A stretch of DNA of 64,000 bases from a virus, in the IMG/VR virus record IMGVR_UViG_3300029319_000016, positions 1 to 64,000 of that record; one strand, written 5' to 3'. The first letter of the stretch is position 1. Every line of letters starts with the position of its first letter. Below, piece after piece: positions 8,901 to 16,775 of the stretch. Under the pieces are notes generated by a model. That model was not told the DNA's origin, ran no database searches, and worked only from the letters and a program-made list of their open reading frames with translations. Made by a program: the position numbers and the translations under genes.

Positions 8901-10566
8901 GAACTGCTTGTGAAGATGGATTAGAGCTATTTGTAGCAGTAAAAGAAATAGGATTACCACTTGCAGCATAAATATTTCTGTATAAATTGTTTATGTCTGC
9001 CTTGTAATTTGCGGTTGCATCTGTATTATATTCAACACCTGATAAAAATTTGGAACCAACTAAAGCAATGTTTTCAATTCTTGCGTTTGTTACTGATAAA
9101 TCATTAACTGCCCCAGACGGATCATTTATCCATTCAATGTAATTTGTGTTGTTATCTGTAGATAAAGAATGAATAACTCTAAGATAATTCCATCCAACTT
9201 TTTGCTGATCTGTGTCTACTTTAAATTTAGCAGTCCTATGTTTAAAAATGTACCATTCTGAATTGTTGCCATCAAAAGATGAAGCCGTGACAGAAACATT
9301 AGTAAACCCAGATTGACTAGTTAGAGAATTAGCGGAACCTGTGTTAGGATTACCTGTTCCTGCTAAACCAGATAAAGCGACAGAATGGATCACTGTTCCA
9401 TTTAATTCTAATTTTAAAGTACCCTCGTTTGCATTTCCAAATGCATCATTTGAATAAGCTAAATAACCATTGGTAACTGATTCCACAACATGATGATTTA
9501 TTTCCCCTGTTATGTCCTGTGTTCCATCATAAATTCCCAATCTATAGTTTGAACCTAAAGTGCTAGAAGAATAGATACCTGTTGCATCAACAGCAGGAAA
9601 ACCAGCTGTCGTAGCAGAAGAAGTATAATCTGCCACAGTTTTGGATGACCCAAATGAAAGTTTTGCTGTTATTCCGTTACTCACAGATGATGTGATTGTA
9701 GAAACAGCTGGAGCTGGGGAAGGAGCAAGAATTTTTAAAACTTCATTAAATCTATCTACAGCTGTTCCTATTGCAGTTCCTGTTGTAAAATCTGTATAAA
9801 GACCGTCTGTGTAGTCTCCATCCTCTGCTGCGCCGATTGTTGAACTTCCACCACCAGCATTAACCGTAACAGTTACATCATCTCCTGAAGTCGAAGCAGT
9901 AATAAATGCGCCAACAAAATTAATACTTGCCGCACTTGTTGTAATGTTTGAACCTTCTTCTTTAATAATTAAAGGGCTACTAACATTTGTCAGATTAGAT
10001 CCGTCTCCGTAAAAGGCAGAAGCTGATAAATTTGCTGATGAAGAAAGCTCTCCATTAAGAAATACAGAACCAGTAAATTGATGAACATCATCAGAAGTGT
10101 CTCCAAAGATTGTTGAACCAGTTGCTGTTAAATTAATTACACTTCTATTTGTAACATTAACGTTATAAGCATTTGCATTTACAGTTCCAGATACATTAAG
10201 TGTACCTGTCAATACCATAGTGGTACCATCAAAAGTCAAATTACTCTCAGCTGTTAATGTATTGTCTCCATCAGATGTTAAGACTCTATTAGCACCATCA
10301 GATGAAATACTAAGACCAGAACCTATTCCACTTAAATTGGAGCCATCTCCATAATATGCAGATGCAGAAATCTCGGCTGAAGCCGAGACGTTTCCGTTTA
10401 CAAGAACAGATCCTGTTATTTTTAAATTGTCATTTGTATCAAAAACAAGAGCACTAGATCCACTAAGAGAAGTATCCCCTGCTTTTTTTAACTGGACTGA
10501 TCCGTCTATTCCTTGTGCAGCGGAAAGATTACTTCCACTAATATATGCCCAACCAAATTCACCCAT
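5944..10566 (-). CDS. Large virion structural protein with an internal duplication and a cupredoxin-like insertion
   Basis: 1540 aa. Two homologous halves (AKLSFG...GWNYxRVxH...TNYxEW...ETYR...W.GYL), a fibre-like N-terminus, and an inserted HPL...YCTSHPNMG domain. Confidence 0.7.
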   Translation of the reverse strand: MGEFGWAYISGSNLSAAQGIDGSVQLKKAGDTSLSGSSALVFDTNDNLKITGSVLVNGNVSASAEISASAYYGDGSNLSGIGSGLSISSDGANRVLTSDGDNTLTAESNLTFDGTTMVLTGTLNVSGTVNANAYNVNVTNRSVINLTATGSTIFGDTSDDVHQFTGSVFLNGELSSSANLSASAFYGDGSNLTNVSSPLIIKEEGSNITTSAASINFVGAFITASTSGDDVTVTVNAGGGSSTIGAAEDGDYTDGLYTDFTTGTAIGTAVDRFNEVLKILAPSPAPAVSTITSSVSNGITAKLSFGSSKTVADYTSSATTAGFPAVDATGIYSSSTLGSNYRLGIYDGTQDITGEINHHVVESVTNGYLAYSNDAFGNANEGTLKLELNGTVIHSVALSGLAGTGNPNTGSANSLTSQSGFTNVSVTASSFDGNNSEWYIFKHRTAKFKVDTDQQKVGWNYLRVIHSLSTDNNTNYIEWINDPSGAVNDLSVTNARIENIALVGSKFLSGVEYNTDATANYKADINNLYRNIYAASGNPISFTATNSSNPSSQAVPDLGGSDDNTKVLGVTGALDFNGSTLFNGAITCNTTVTHPLKNTITNQGSATTGNGFLIDNRTLASTNLEEKFHDETYRKTSGSYDTQGSTIAASAVWNSQNHMTGGGASGHTDGLLYHNQRLYSPVDGDIPNGGNFGGMSNVETGQPNYSSIVGTRTFYRIITNSSGVTKRDMKIVSTKNSTRYNDSTLGASNIHFFAKIPGSTGWMDISQPFNYGSSSDGHGALIHGATSNSNTASTDSGNSTHCISFGTQSVTNGGYVMIKALADESWAGYLTELSFSVGATSNTATESLALDDIDLDDTAGVDAKLSFGASNGVVGYSNAQGSGIGSMANYDSNALYSDQGTTKRGVFKAFENMGGTLNENVSANGTNYPADSFKDSYRGALSIEVNGSEKHEVILYDTIGAKTNDFNGNNSGFSVSALSFSTTTDGIPDYTKPYRTGTYQIGTSDQRLGWNYARVVHDLDRVAMQTIVVTVVGGIFYFDGVKDTTLSLKIGNTYRFDTSDSSNGSHPLAFSTTSDGSHGGGSAYTTGVTSGAGYIQIIPEAAVTLYPYCTSHPNMGGTTQLNITATTKVQTNYVEWIVDTTGSTDNTAVSAPSISDFGHTTLYYQSGIRYFVPNPTASFDFSGSNFYSNVYSNDSAAISFPTTTNCSVTNIRAVGSGITTFDSAVSQAGMPNLNNSTDCEITTIQITGTVQYDGSTPSISGGLGLFTANDVSVTGRILHPFKSDKTTSVGSKTALMVYSGSIGSTTIETEEHFNTETYRIVSGNYANQTDTTSSANAWNPQTQMNGGGSHDDGMVTAAGFAISPFQIGVAGNTGHASLQAPAGNPDYSSLTNNVRTFYRYFKYTSASTVASFSMNIKGDANLVAKTGTYAAALGANKNVFIELKVPYDANYSGADDQSTGWADCAKIFDASAQPTTSNDGAGIRSGETTGEDQTIDSPSGLDLSLTLGARRIKQNQYVVVKVSAHKDWTGYLSQITIAYS

Positions 10567-10575
10567 CTAAACCTC

Positions 10576-11025
10576 TTAAAATGTGCTACACGCAGCAAAA
10601 ATATTAACTTCAGAAGCATCAGCACACACAAAGGCAACTCTATCAATTCCAGCAATTTCATAACAACGATATTGTCGTTTATCTGGTGTTTGGGAAGCAG
10701 GTGCTGTACTAGAAGCATCCTCCCCAGCAATACTCACCTCTGTTGCACCGCCAATTGTTGTGCTCAATGGAAACCATCTTAGAAACGCGTGACAATATCC
10801 AAATACTGTTACTGTTTCTCCATCGTCTTCAGCACTGTCTTCTACTAAAACATGTAAAAATCTTTGGTTTTCAGTTGCATATCCTTGCACACCAGATGTT
10901 GCAGCAGTAACGCCGGCTAATGAGGATAAAGCCTCAACTGGTGTTACTGTTCCACCTTGAGATCCTGCTAAATTTTTGGGACTTCTTGTTCGTCCCCAAC
11001 TACTATGTCTATGTACTGCCATCAT
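10576..11025 (-). CDS. Hypothetical protein, probably virion-associated
   Basis: 149-aa ORF with SD AAGGAG and CTATTTA at 11046-11052. Confidence 0.6.
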   Translation of the reverse strand: MMAVHRHSSWGRTRSPKNLAGSQGGTVTPVEALSSLAGVTAATSGVQGYATENQRFLHVLVEDSAEDDGETVTVFGYCHAFLRWFPLSTTIGGATEVSIAGEDASSTAPASQTPDKRQYRCYEIAGIDRVAFVCADASEVNIFAACSTF

Positions 11026-11053
11026 TAACTCCTTAAAAACTATTGTAAATAGT

Positions 11054-11260
11054 CTATTTTCTTCGTTTTTTCTCTTCTTTTATTCTTCTACGAATTGCTC
11101 TTTCTTTAGCTCTTCGTCTTTTCTCCGAGGGTTTTGTATAATGTTGACGATCTTTTATTTCGTCAATAATCCCAAGTTTTTTACATTTTTTGATAAAGCG
11201 TTTTACCACTCTATCTAAATTGTCTTTTTTCTTAACACGATAAGTGTAATTATTTGCCAT
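11054..11260 (-). CDS. rpsU: Phage-encoded 30S ribosomal protein bS21
   Basis: 68 aa and very basic. V.KKDNLDRVVKRFIKKCKKLGIIDEIKDRQHYTKPSEKRRRAKERAIRR matches the bS21 pattern (R.F.K....G...E...R..Y.KPS..RR). Confidence 0.9.
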   Translation of the reverse strand: MANNYTYRVKKKDNLDRVVKRFIKKCKKLGIIDEIKDRQHYTKPSEKRRRAKERAIRRRIKEEKKRRK

Positions 11261-11669
11261 TTTTACCTGCCATTTTTTCCCAAATTAATGAAGATTTGCC
11301 CATAAATGAAGAAATGTCAACACCTGGGTCGTTAGGGTCAACATCAGATAAAGCACCTCTACCTGATTCTCGCGGAGCAGGAGCAGGTGTTGTTCCTTCA
11401 AAAAGGTTTACACCATTATATGCATCTTTTCCTACTGCTTCCATCATTTTTTTTCTTTGTTTGTCTAATCTTGCCTTTGCTTGATCGTCAGTTTCGTATT
11501 TAGGTTGTTGTTTTTTTGGATAACTTTGTCTATTTTCAACAATAGGCTGTCCAACACCTTTTACCACTTCACTTATAATTGACGAAAGAGTTCCATCTTC
11601 GAAAATTACTTCTTTAATGCACTCTTTTATTAATGGTTTAAGTATTTTTTTTAATTCTTGCTTTTTCAT
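11250..11669 (-). CDS. Hypothetical protein with a leader-like N-terminus (MKKQELKKILKPLIKECIKEVIFE)
   Basis: 139 aa, translationally coupled to the protease gene. CTATTTA at 11689-11695. Confidence 0.65.
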   Translation of the reverse strand: MKKQELKKILKPLIKECIKEVIFEDGTLSSIISEVVKGVGQPIVENRQSYPKKQQPKYETDDQAKARLDKQRKKMMEAVGKDAYNGVNLFEGTTPAPAPRESGRGALSDVDPNDPGVDISSFMGKSSLIWEKMAGKNGK

Positions 11670-12298
11670 TAGTCCCTCAAGATCTTATTAAATAGGTTAT
11701 CAATGTTATTTTCTTTACCCTCGGCGATTTTAAATTTAACTGCGCCTCTGTTTATTCCTGATCTGTTGTTTTTTGGATAAACATAAGCATCTGGTGTTGA
11801 GGGCTCTGCTACAATATCGAAGCAAATTAACTGAAAGTCCTCTTCTACAACCGTATCACCCATTGATTCTTTTACCGATCCTAGTCCACGTGAAGAAATA
11901 CCAAGCTTAACACCGGCGTTAATTAAGTCCTTAAGAATACGACCAGAAGGTGTATCAAGAACTTTAATTTTACCCATAACATCTTTACCTTCCCACCAAC
12001 AATCAGTAATCATGTGTGAAACATTTTTTAGATTAATTACTGAATCATCAGGATGATCTAATTCACCTGTGGCTCTTCCATCAGCAACAATTTTTTTGTA
12101 ATTGTCGACTTCTTTCTTGAGAACTTTCATTGGATAAACGCGACCATTGCCGTTCTTCTTATCAGCAGTTTGAATACGACCAACAAGATAAACAGCTCCC
12201 TCTTGGATTACCTCACGTTTTTGAGCTTCACTCAAACGATCAAGGCAACGCCCATCAGGACATAGTTCAAAAAATTCTGTTAATAATTGTTTACTCAT
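11669..12298 (-). CDS. gp21: Prohead core protein protease (T4 gp21-like)
   Basis: Motifs KNGNGRVYP, GELDHP, NVSH, KLGISSRGLGS and FDIVAEPSTPDA. Confidence 0.95.
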   Translation of the reverse strand: MSKQLLTEFFELCPDGRCLDRLSEAQKREVIQEGAVYLVGRIQTADKKNGNGRVYPMKVLKKEVDNYKKIVADGRATGELDHPDDSVINLKNVSHMITDCWWEGKDVMGKIKVLDTPSGRILKDLINAGVKLGISSRGLGSVKESMGDTVVEEDFQLICFDIVAEPSTPDAYVYPKNNRSGINRGAVKFKIAEGKENNIDNLFNKILRD

Positions 12299-12796
12299 TT
12301 ACTCTACCTCTTCCACTGTTCCTGTAACTGTTAATGGTTGTGGCAAAGGTTGAAAGTTCTCTTGTGGTATTTTATTAGAATTAAAAGGTTTTCCATCAAC
12401 AGGAATGGCTATTGTAATATGTGGAAACTTTACTTTTTTAGAAATCGGAGCAGGTGGTTCGACTTTAGCAGCCATTGCTTTATCATCAAAACCAATATGT
12501 GTTACTTGCAACAACACTTGTCCACCAACAGGATAATCAGCACTAAAGTCATGCTTTCCTTTTGGATGAACAATAGGCGAGAAAGGCACAATTGTCATAT
12601 GGTGTGGCAAAGGAGCACCAGCTTTTGTTTCGTGAACAAAACCTTCAGGTACGCCAAACTCAATAGCAGCTTGTTTTAAAGCTTCTACACTTTGAGGGTC
12701 AAGAACAACTCCGGAATAAGAAACTTTTCCTTCACTTAAAACAGCATCAAGTTCTTCTTTAATTATTCTTCTTAATTGTTGATTCGTTATTTGCAT
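12299..12796 (-). CDS. 2H phosphoesterase (cyclic phosphodiesterase-like) carrying the class I leader
   Basis: Start reassigned to ATG 12796 (SD GGAG), giving MQITNQQLRRIIKEELDAVLSE. Two H-x-T motifs, HHMTIV and PHITIAI, followed by KPFNSN. Confidence 0.75.
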   Translation of the reverse strand: MQITNQQLRRIIKEELDAVLSEGKVSYSGVVLDPQSVEALKQAAIEFGVPEGFVHETKAGAPLPHHMTIVPFSPIVHPKGKHDFSADYPVGGQVLLQVTHIGFDDKAMAAKVEPPAPISKKVKFPHITIAIPVDGKPFNSNKIPQENFQPLPQPLTVTGTVEEVE

Positions 12797-12813
12797 TATT
12801 TTCTCCATTAAAT

Positions 12814-12828
12814 GCGGGCGCAACCCGC
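12814..12828 (-). other. GC-rich RNA hairpin GCGGG-UUGCG-CCCGC just after the TGA
   Basis: Perfect 5-bp all-GC stem in an AT-rich context, starting 5 nt after the TGA. Only a weak U-tract (AUUU) follows. Confidence 0.55.
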
Positions 12829-12833
12829 GTGAG

Positions 12834-12887
12834 TCAGCTGCCTGAACAGCAACGACGAACTGGTTGTAGCATCCATTTTTTATTCAT
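12834..12887 (-). CDS. Small Cys-containing peptide MNKKWMLQPVRRCCSGS, ending in TGA
   Basis: ATG overlaps the end of the upstream gene and has SD GGAG. The ORF fills the intergenic gap and is below the ORF-track size cut-off. Confidence 0.5.
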   Translation of the reverse strand: MNKKWMLQPVRRCCSGS

Positions 12888-13194
12888 CTTTATCTCCAAT
12901 TTTTGAAATACGAAAGCCAAAATCATCAACCAACATAGAGATTAGATAAGATGTTCCAGCAGAAATCCAACCGCAAATAAAAAAATTAGCGATTGTATAA
13001 TCAAATGTAAATAGTTCCGTCCACTTGTTAATGCAAAATAAAAAACAACCAACCCAAAAGCCTATACACAAAGGACAATGAAAAAGTGTGTTCCATTTCT
13101 TTGTGTAATCTTTTTCAGGTCGAAAATCTTCAAATATTTTACCGTAAACAAGAATAAAAGTCAAACCATAAGCGGCAAGTATAAAATTTATCAT
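12880..13194 (-). CDS. Small membrane protein with CxxC (DUF1360-like)
   Basis: Three hydrophobic segments and the motif LFHCPLCIGFWVG. Confidence 0.6.
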   Translation of the reverse strand: MINFILAAYGLTFILVYGKIFEDFRPEKDYTKKWNTLFHCPLCIGFWVGCFLFCINKWTELFTFDYTIANFFICGWISAGTSYLISMLVDDFGFRISKIGDKDE

Positions 13195-13201
13195 CTAACA
13201 C

Positions 13202-14347
13202 CTATTTTAAAAATCCATATCTTTTGTCAACATAATTTATAATATTACTTTCAAATTTACTTATAAGATTTGAAGCTGTAGTCCAGCTTTCTTCAAGATT
13301 TACTTCATCAATGCCTAGGTTTGCTAATTTCATAAAAAGATCATCATTGTGATCATTCATCATATTTATGTAATCATCTAATCTAGATGAAAAATGTTTT
13401 TTAATTAGATCTTTTCTGTTTACTTTTTTTCCACTTTTTCTCAAAATAACTAGTTCTTTGTCTGCTAATAGTGTTGCTTTTCTAGTAAACCCAACTGCAT
13501 ATGCTTCTATCTCAACTGGCTGTAAGTAGTACAATACATACTTTTGTGCCTCAGTTGAAGCAGAATACGCTTTAAGTAATTTTTTAAAATCCTCTACACT
13601 TTCTTTTAAAATTTTATCATATTGTTCTTTATAGGATTCTTTCTCTTTCTTTGTAACTAAATTATAGAAAAAATCTGTAATTTTTTTTCCAATAGATTTT
13701 GTAGTGTTGTTTAGCATTTTCAATCTTTTTGACGGGTCTTTTTCTTTTATTATTTTATCATATAAGTCAATCGTTTTGTCAAAACCTGATCCTTTTATAT
13801 TTTGTAGTGAATGTTCTATTTCGTGTCTAACGTTTTCTTGTAATGTAATTTTAATCTTATTCAACACACCAAGATTGTTGTTAACTGATCTTTTGTTGTC
13901 ACTACCTTTAATTTGTTTTTCACTAGTTTTGTCCCAACCTATTGTATGTTCAAAGTCAATCTTCAAAGTTTGCTTACCAGGCATCCAGCCAGCACCAGGA
14001 GATTTTAAGACAAATTTATTTTTATTACCACCACTTAGTTCTTTAAAAGTTAATTTATAGTTTTTTATAAGTTTCAAATATTTTGAGTTTTTCAACTTTT
14101 TTAGACGACGTTTCATAAAATTGTTAAAGTTTTTTTCTGAATAGAAAGATGGTCCAAAATTTTCAGCAGTTAGCTCACCACCTGGATCGCCATCTGGGAC
14201 TTGATCTTTTCGGCTTATAATTTCTTTATGCTGAGCTTTTATCATAAGGGCCAAAAAGTCTATTACACTTTTAACAATGACACCAGCTTCTCTATCACCA
14301 GATCGAGCTTCATTTAATTTTAATTTTTTTATTATTTTTATTTTCAT
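13202..14347 (-). CDS. Putative zincin-like metallopeptidase
   Basis: HExxH (RHEIEH) with a downstream YYLQPVEIEAYA. Short basic N-terminus ending in L-N-E. Lys-rich. Confidence 0.5.
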   Translation of the reverse strand: MKIKIIKKLKLNEARSGDREAGVIVKSVIDFLALMIKAQHKEIISRKDQVPDGDPGGELTAENFGPSFYSEKNFNNFMKRRLKKLKNSKYLKLIKNYKLTFKELSGGNKNKFVLKSPGAGWMPGKQTLKIDFEHTIGWDKTSEKQIKGSDNKRSVNNNLGVLNKIKITLQENVRHEIEHSLQNIKGSGFDKTIDLYDKIIKEKDPSKRLKMLNNTTKSIGKKITDFFYNLVTKKEKESYKEQYDKILKESVEDFKKLLKAYSASTEAQKYVLYYLQPVEIEAYAVGFTRKATLLADKELVILRKSGKKVNRKDLIKKHFSSRLDDYINMMNDHNDDLFMKLANLGIDEVNLEESWTTASNLISKFESNIINYVDKRYGFLK

Positions 14348-15030
14348 TAATATGTATACCTTCCATAGAGGTATGGAGCAAACATATTGTGTTGCAAAAT
14401 TGAACCCTTTTCTTCAGAGTGTGGAACTTCACCTAGTTCTGTTGAGTTTTCATTATCAGGTTCTAGTTGAGCATCTTGCATTATATCATCATGGCCTTTT
14501 TTCATCTTTGATGATGGAATTTCTGATTTTATCCATTCTGACAATTGATAAACTGTGGATTTTATTGGATCTCTTTCTTTTGATTCGTGTATCTTGCCTT
14601 CAAGAGAACCATAAACATTACCACCTTGGATTGAATCGTATTCAATTACACCATTTTTTCTCATCCATTCCATTAAACGTGACTCCGCACCATAAACAAC
14701 TTCAGACATTAAGTCTTTTGGAAACGCAACAATCTTCTTTTTCTCAACCATTAGGACTATGTCAATGTCTGCATGATCAAAAATAAGTAAATCACCATTA
14801 AGAGCTTTACGTATGTTCATTTCAAATTTAGTTTTTCTTTCATTTGGATTGTTAATTTTAACACCGATTGGTCCTGGTGTAAAACGAACTTCGGTATCTC
14901 CTTTTATTTTAACATCCAAATCTCTTTCTTCTGGTTCTGTTTTCACATTGACACTAGTAGGAGTCCGAATGTCAATCCCAAGATCTTCTTCTAGCAGGTC
15001 TGAAATTATGTTTTGTGGTTTTTTATACAT
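14347..15030 (-). CDS. Hypothetical protein
   Basis: 227-aa ORF coupled to both neighbours; no recognisable motif. Confidence 0.65.
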   Translation of the reverse strand: MYKKPQNIISDLLEEDLGIDIRTPTSVNVKTEPEERDLDVKIKGDTEVRFTPGPIGVKINNPNERKTKFEMNIRKALNGDLLIFDHADIDIVLMVEKKKIVAFPKDLMSEVVYGAESRLMEWMRKNGVIEYDSIQGGNVYGSLEGKIHESKERDPIKSTVYQLSEWIKSEIPSSKMKKGHDDIMQDAQLEPDNENSTELGEVPHSEEKGSILQHNMFAPYLYGRYTY

Positions 15031-15825
15031 TTATTTAATCTCCGATAATAGTTGTTGAATGTGAAAGACATCTTTAACTACTTCCTCGGTTAAAGGTTTC
15101 TTTTTAAAGTTTTCAAGTTTTTCTTTAACTAGTTTTATCTTATCAGACCACTGCCCTTCGCTTAAATTTTCACATTGTTCTCTTAATCTTGCAATTTCTT
15201 CGTTCATAAACGTTTTAAGCCCAAGTCCATTATCAGAAAAAGACGTAATGTAGTTAGTCAAAAGATCTCTCTGTTCTTTTAAAAGAGACTCCTTATATGT
15301 ATCATTAAATTTATTAACAAAGGTACTATAAGTAAGACTATCTATTGTCTTCAATTTTTGCTCTTTAATCGCTTGAGGATGCGAAATAACAAGTGTTTTG
15401 ACCCTTTCCTCTATCAATAGACGGGTTTTTGCTTTAAGACCATTAGAATTGAAATACTGTCCAACTGTTGCTATTGATTTATAATTGGGAATAAAATTAC
15501 CAAATGCCTCTGGGATGTTGTGATTAAACTCTTTGATTAGACTGGTTTGTTCATTAAAAATTTCTTTTCTGTCTAAAGCTTCCCAGTCTTCTTTTACTTC
15601 TTTCATGTAACGAAGTCCAAGAGATTCTTCAAGTTTTTGAGGTTCCATTAACTGTTTATACAATTGGAGATCGTTGTAAAGAGGCTTTCCTTTTGAGAAA
15701 TATCTCTTAAGTGTCTCAACAATTTGTTGTTTCTTTTGAAGCTCTCCTCTTACAACAGCCTTGGTCATTTCTTTGATTAGGCATTCGTAAAGAAAAGCGG
15801 TATTTCTTTTCTTATTATGTTTCAT
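15031..15825 (-). CDS. Hypothetical protein of the head-assembly region
   Basis: 264 aa, helical, begins MKHNKKRNTAFLYE, SD AAGGAG. Confidence 0.7.
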   Translation of the reverse strand: MKHNKKRNTAFLYECLIKEMTKAVVRGELQKKQQIVETLKRYFSKGKPLYNDLQLYKQLMEPQKLEESLGLRYMKEVKEDWEALDRKEIFNEQTSLIKEFNHNIPEAFGNFIPNYKSIATVGQYFNSNGLKAKTRLLIEERVKTLVISHPQAIKEQKLKTIDSLTYSTFVNKFNDTYKESLLKEQRDLLTNYITSFSDNGLGLKTFMNEEIARLREQCENLSEGQWSDKIKLVKEKLENFKKKPLTEEVVKDVFHIQQLLSEIK

Positions 15826-15839
15826 TTGTTTCTCCTTTA

Positions 15840-16226
15840 TTACTTTCTATAAAAATCTTTTCTTCGTCTACTAAGACCATCATATCTGTATCCTACACCT
15901 ATCGCTTGAGCCACAGCTCTACGCATCATTGAGAGTTTACCTTGCATTTCTCTTCCATATTCCATTTCTTCACTACTAGTACCTCTGTGAAATACACCTG
16001 CTGATTTTATCCTGTTATTTAAGATTTTTAACAAATCCATTGCTTTAAAATGCTCTGGTGAGCCGTCAATTATATTAGGGTTGTCACTTAAAAATTGCAT
16101 ACAGTGTCTATACAAGTCTTCATTAGAAAATTCATGAGGAAGTCCTAATCCTACTTGCATTTCTTGAAGTGTTTTTTCTAACTCTTCTTTTATTACTTGT
16201 CTTAGTTGTTTATTGGTTATTTTCAT
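15840..16226 (-). CDS. Orphan protein with class I leader (putative internal head protein)
   Basis: Begins MKITNKQLRQVIKEELEKTLQE; SD AAGGA. Confidence 0.7.
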   Translation of the reverse strand: MKITNKQLRQVIKEELEKTLQEMQVGLGLPHEFSNEDLYRHCMQFLSDNPNIIDGSPEHFKAMDLLKILNNRIKSAGVFHRGTSSEEMEYGREMQGKLSMMRRAVAQAIGVGYRYDGLSRRRKDFYRK

Positions 16227-16240
16227 TATTTTTTGTCCTT

Positions 16241-16765
16241 TTATAGTATACCTGCTTTTTTTAAAATTGCTTGAATTCCCTGTTCAGGAATGCTTGGAAA
16301 TTCAGTTTTTAGTTTTTCTATTACTTCTTCTACTGGTGTTCCTCTAAAATGTAAATCCCAAGCATAAGCAGCAGCAGACTTTATTCTTATTACTCTCGGT
16401 CTGCTGAGGCCGGGCATTCCAAACTTCCTGTGTATTTTATCAACATAATCAAAAACCAATCGAGCTTCTTTAACTTTTTCAACATCGCTACCTCGATTAG
16501 TATAATCATCAACATAATAGTCCATGGCTCTTTGAGTCATGTTTTTTGCATTAACTTCATTAACATTCACAGTACTGCTTGTGTTCTTTATCATTTTTCC
16601 TCGAAACAAACCAACACCATAGCTACTCATCATCAGATGAACCCAACACCTACGCAAAGCTATGGCGGTTTCAGGAGTAATCCCTTCATCTTCTCCAATC
16701 TCTAAGAGTAAGTTTTCTACTTCTTCTTTAATAATTTGTTTTAATTGTTTATTAGTTATCTTCAT
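16241..16765 (-). CDS. Orphan protein with class I leader (putative internal head protein)
   Basis: Start reassigned to ATG 16765 (SD AGGAG), giving MKITNKQLKQIIKEEVENLLLE. Confidence 0.7.
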   Translation of the reverse strand: MKITNKQLKQIIKEEVENLLLEIGEDEGITPETAIALRRCWVHLMMSSYGVGLFRGKMIKNTSSTVNVNEVNAKNMTQRAMDYYVDDYTNRGSDVEKVKEARLVFDYVDKIHRKFGMPGLSRPRVIRIKSAAAYAWDLHFRGTPVEEVIEKLKTEFPSIPEQGIQAILKKAGIL

Positions 16766-16775
16766 TTTTTTTCTC

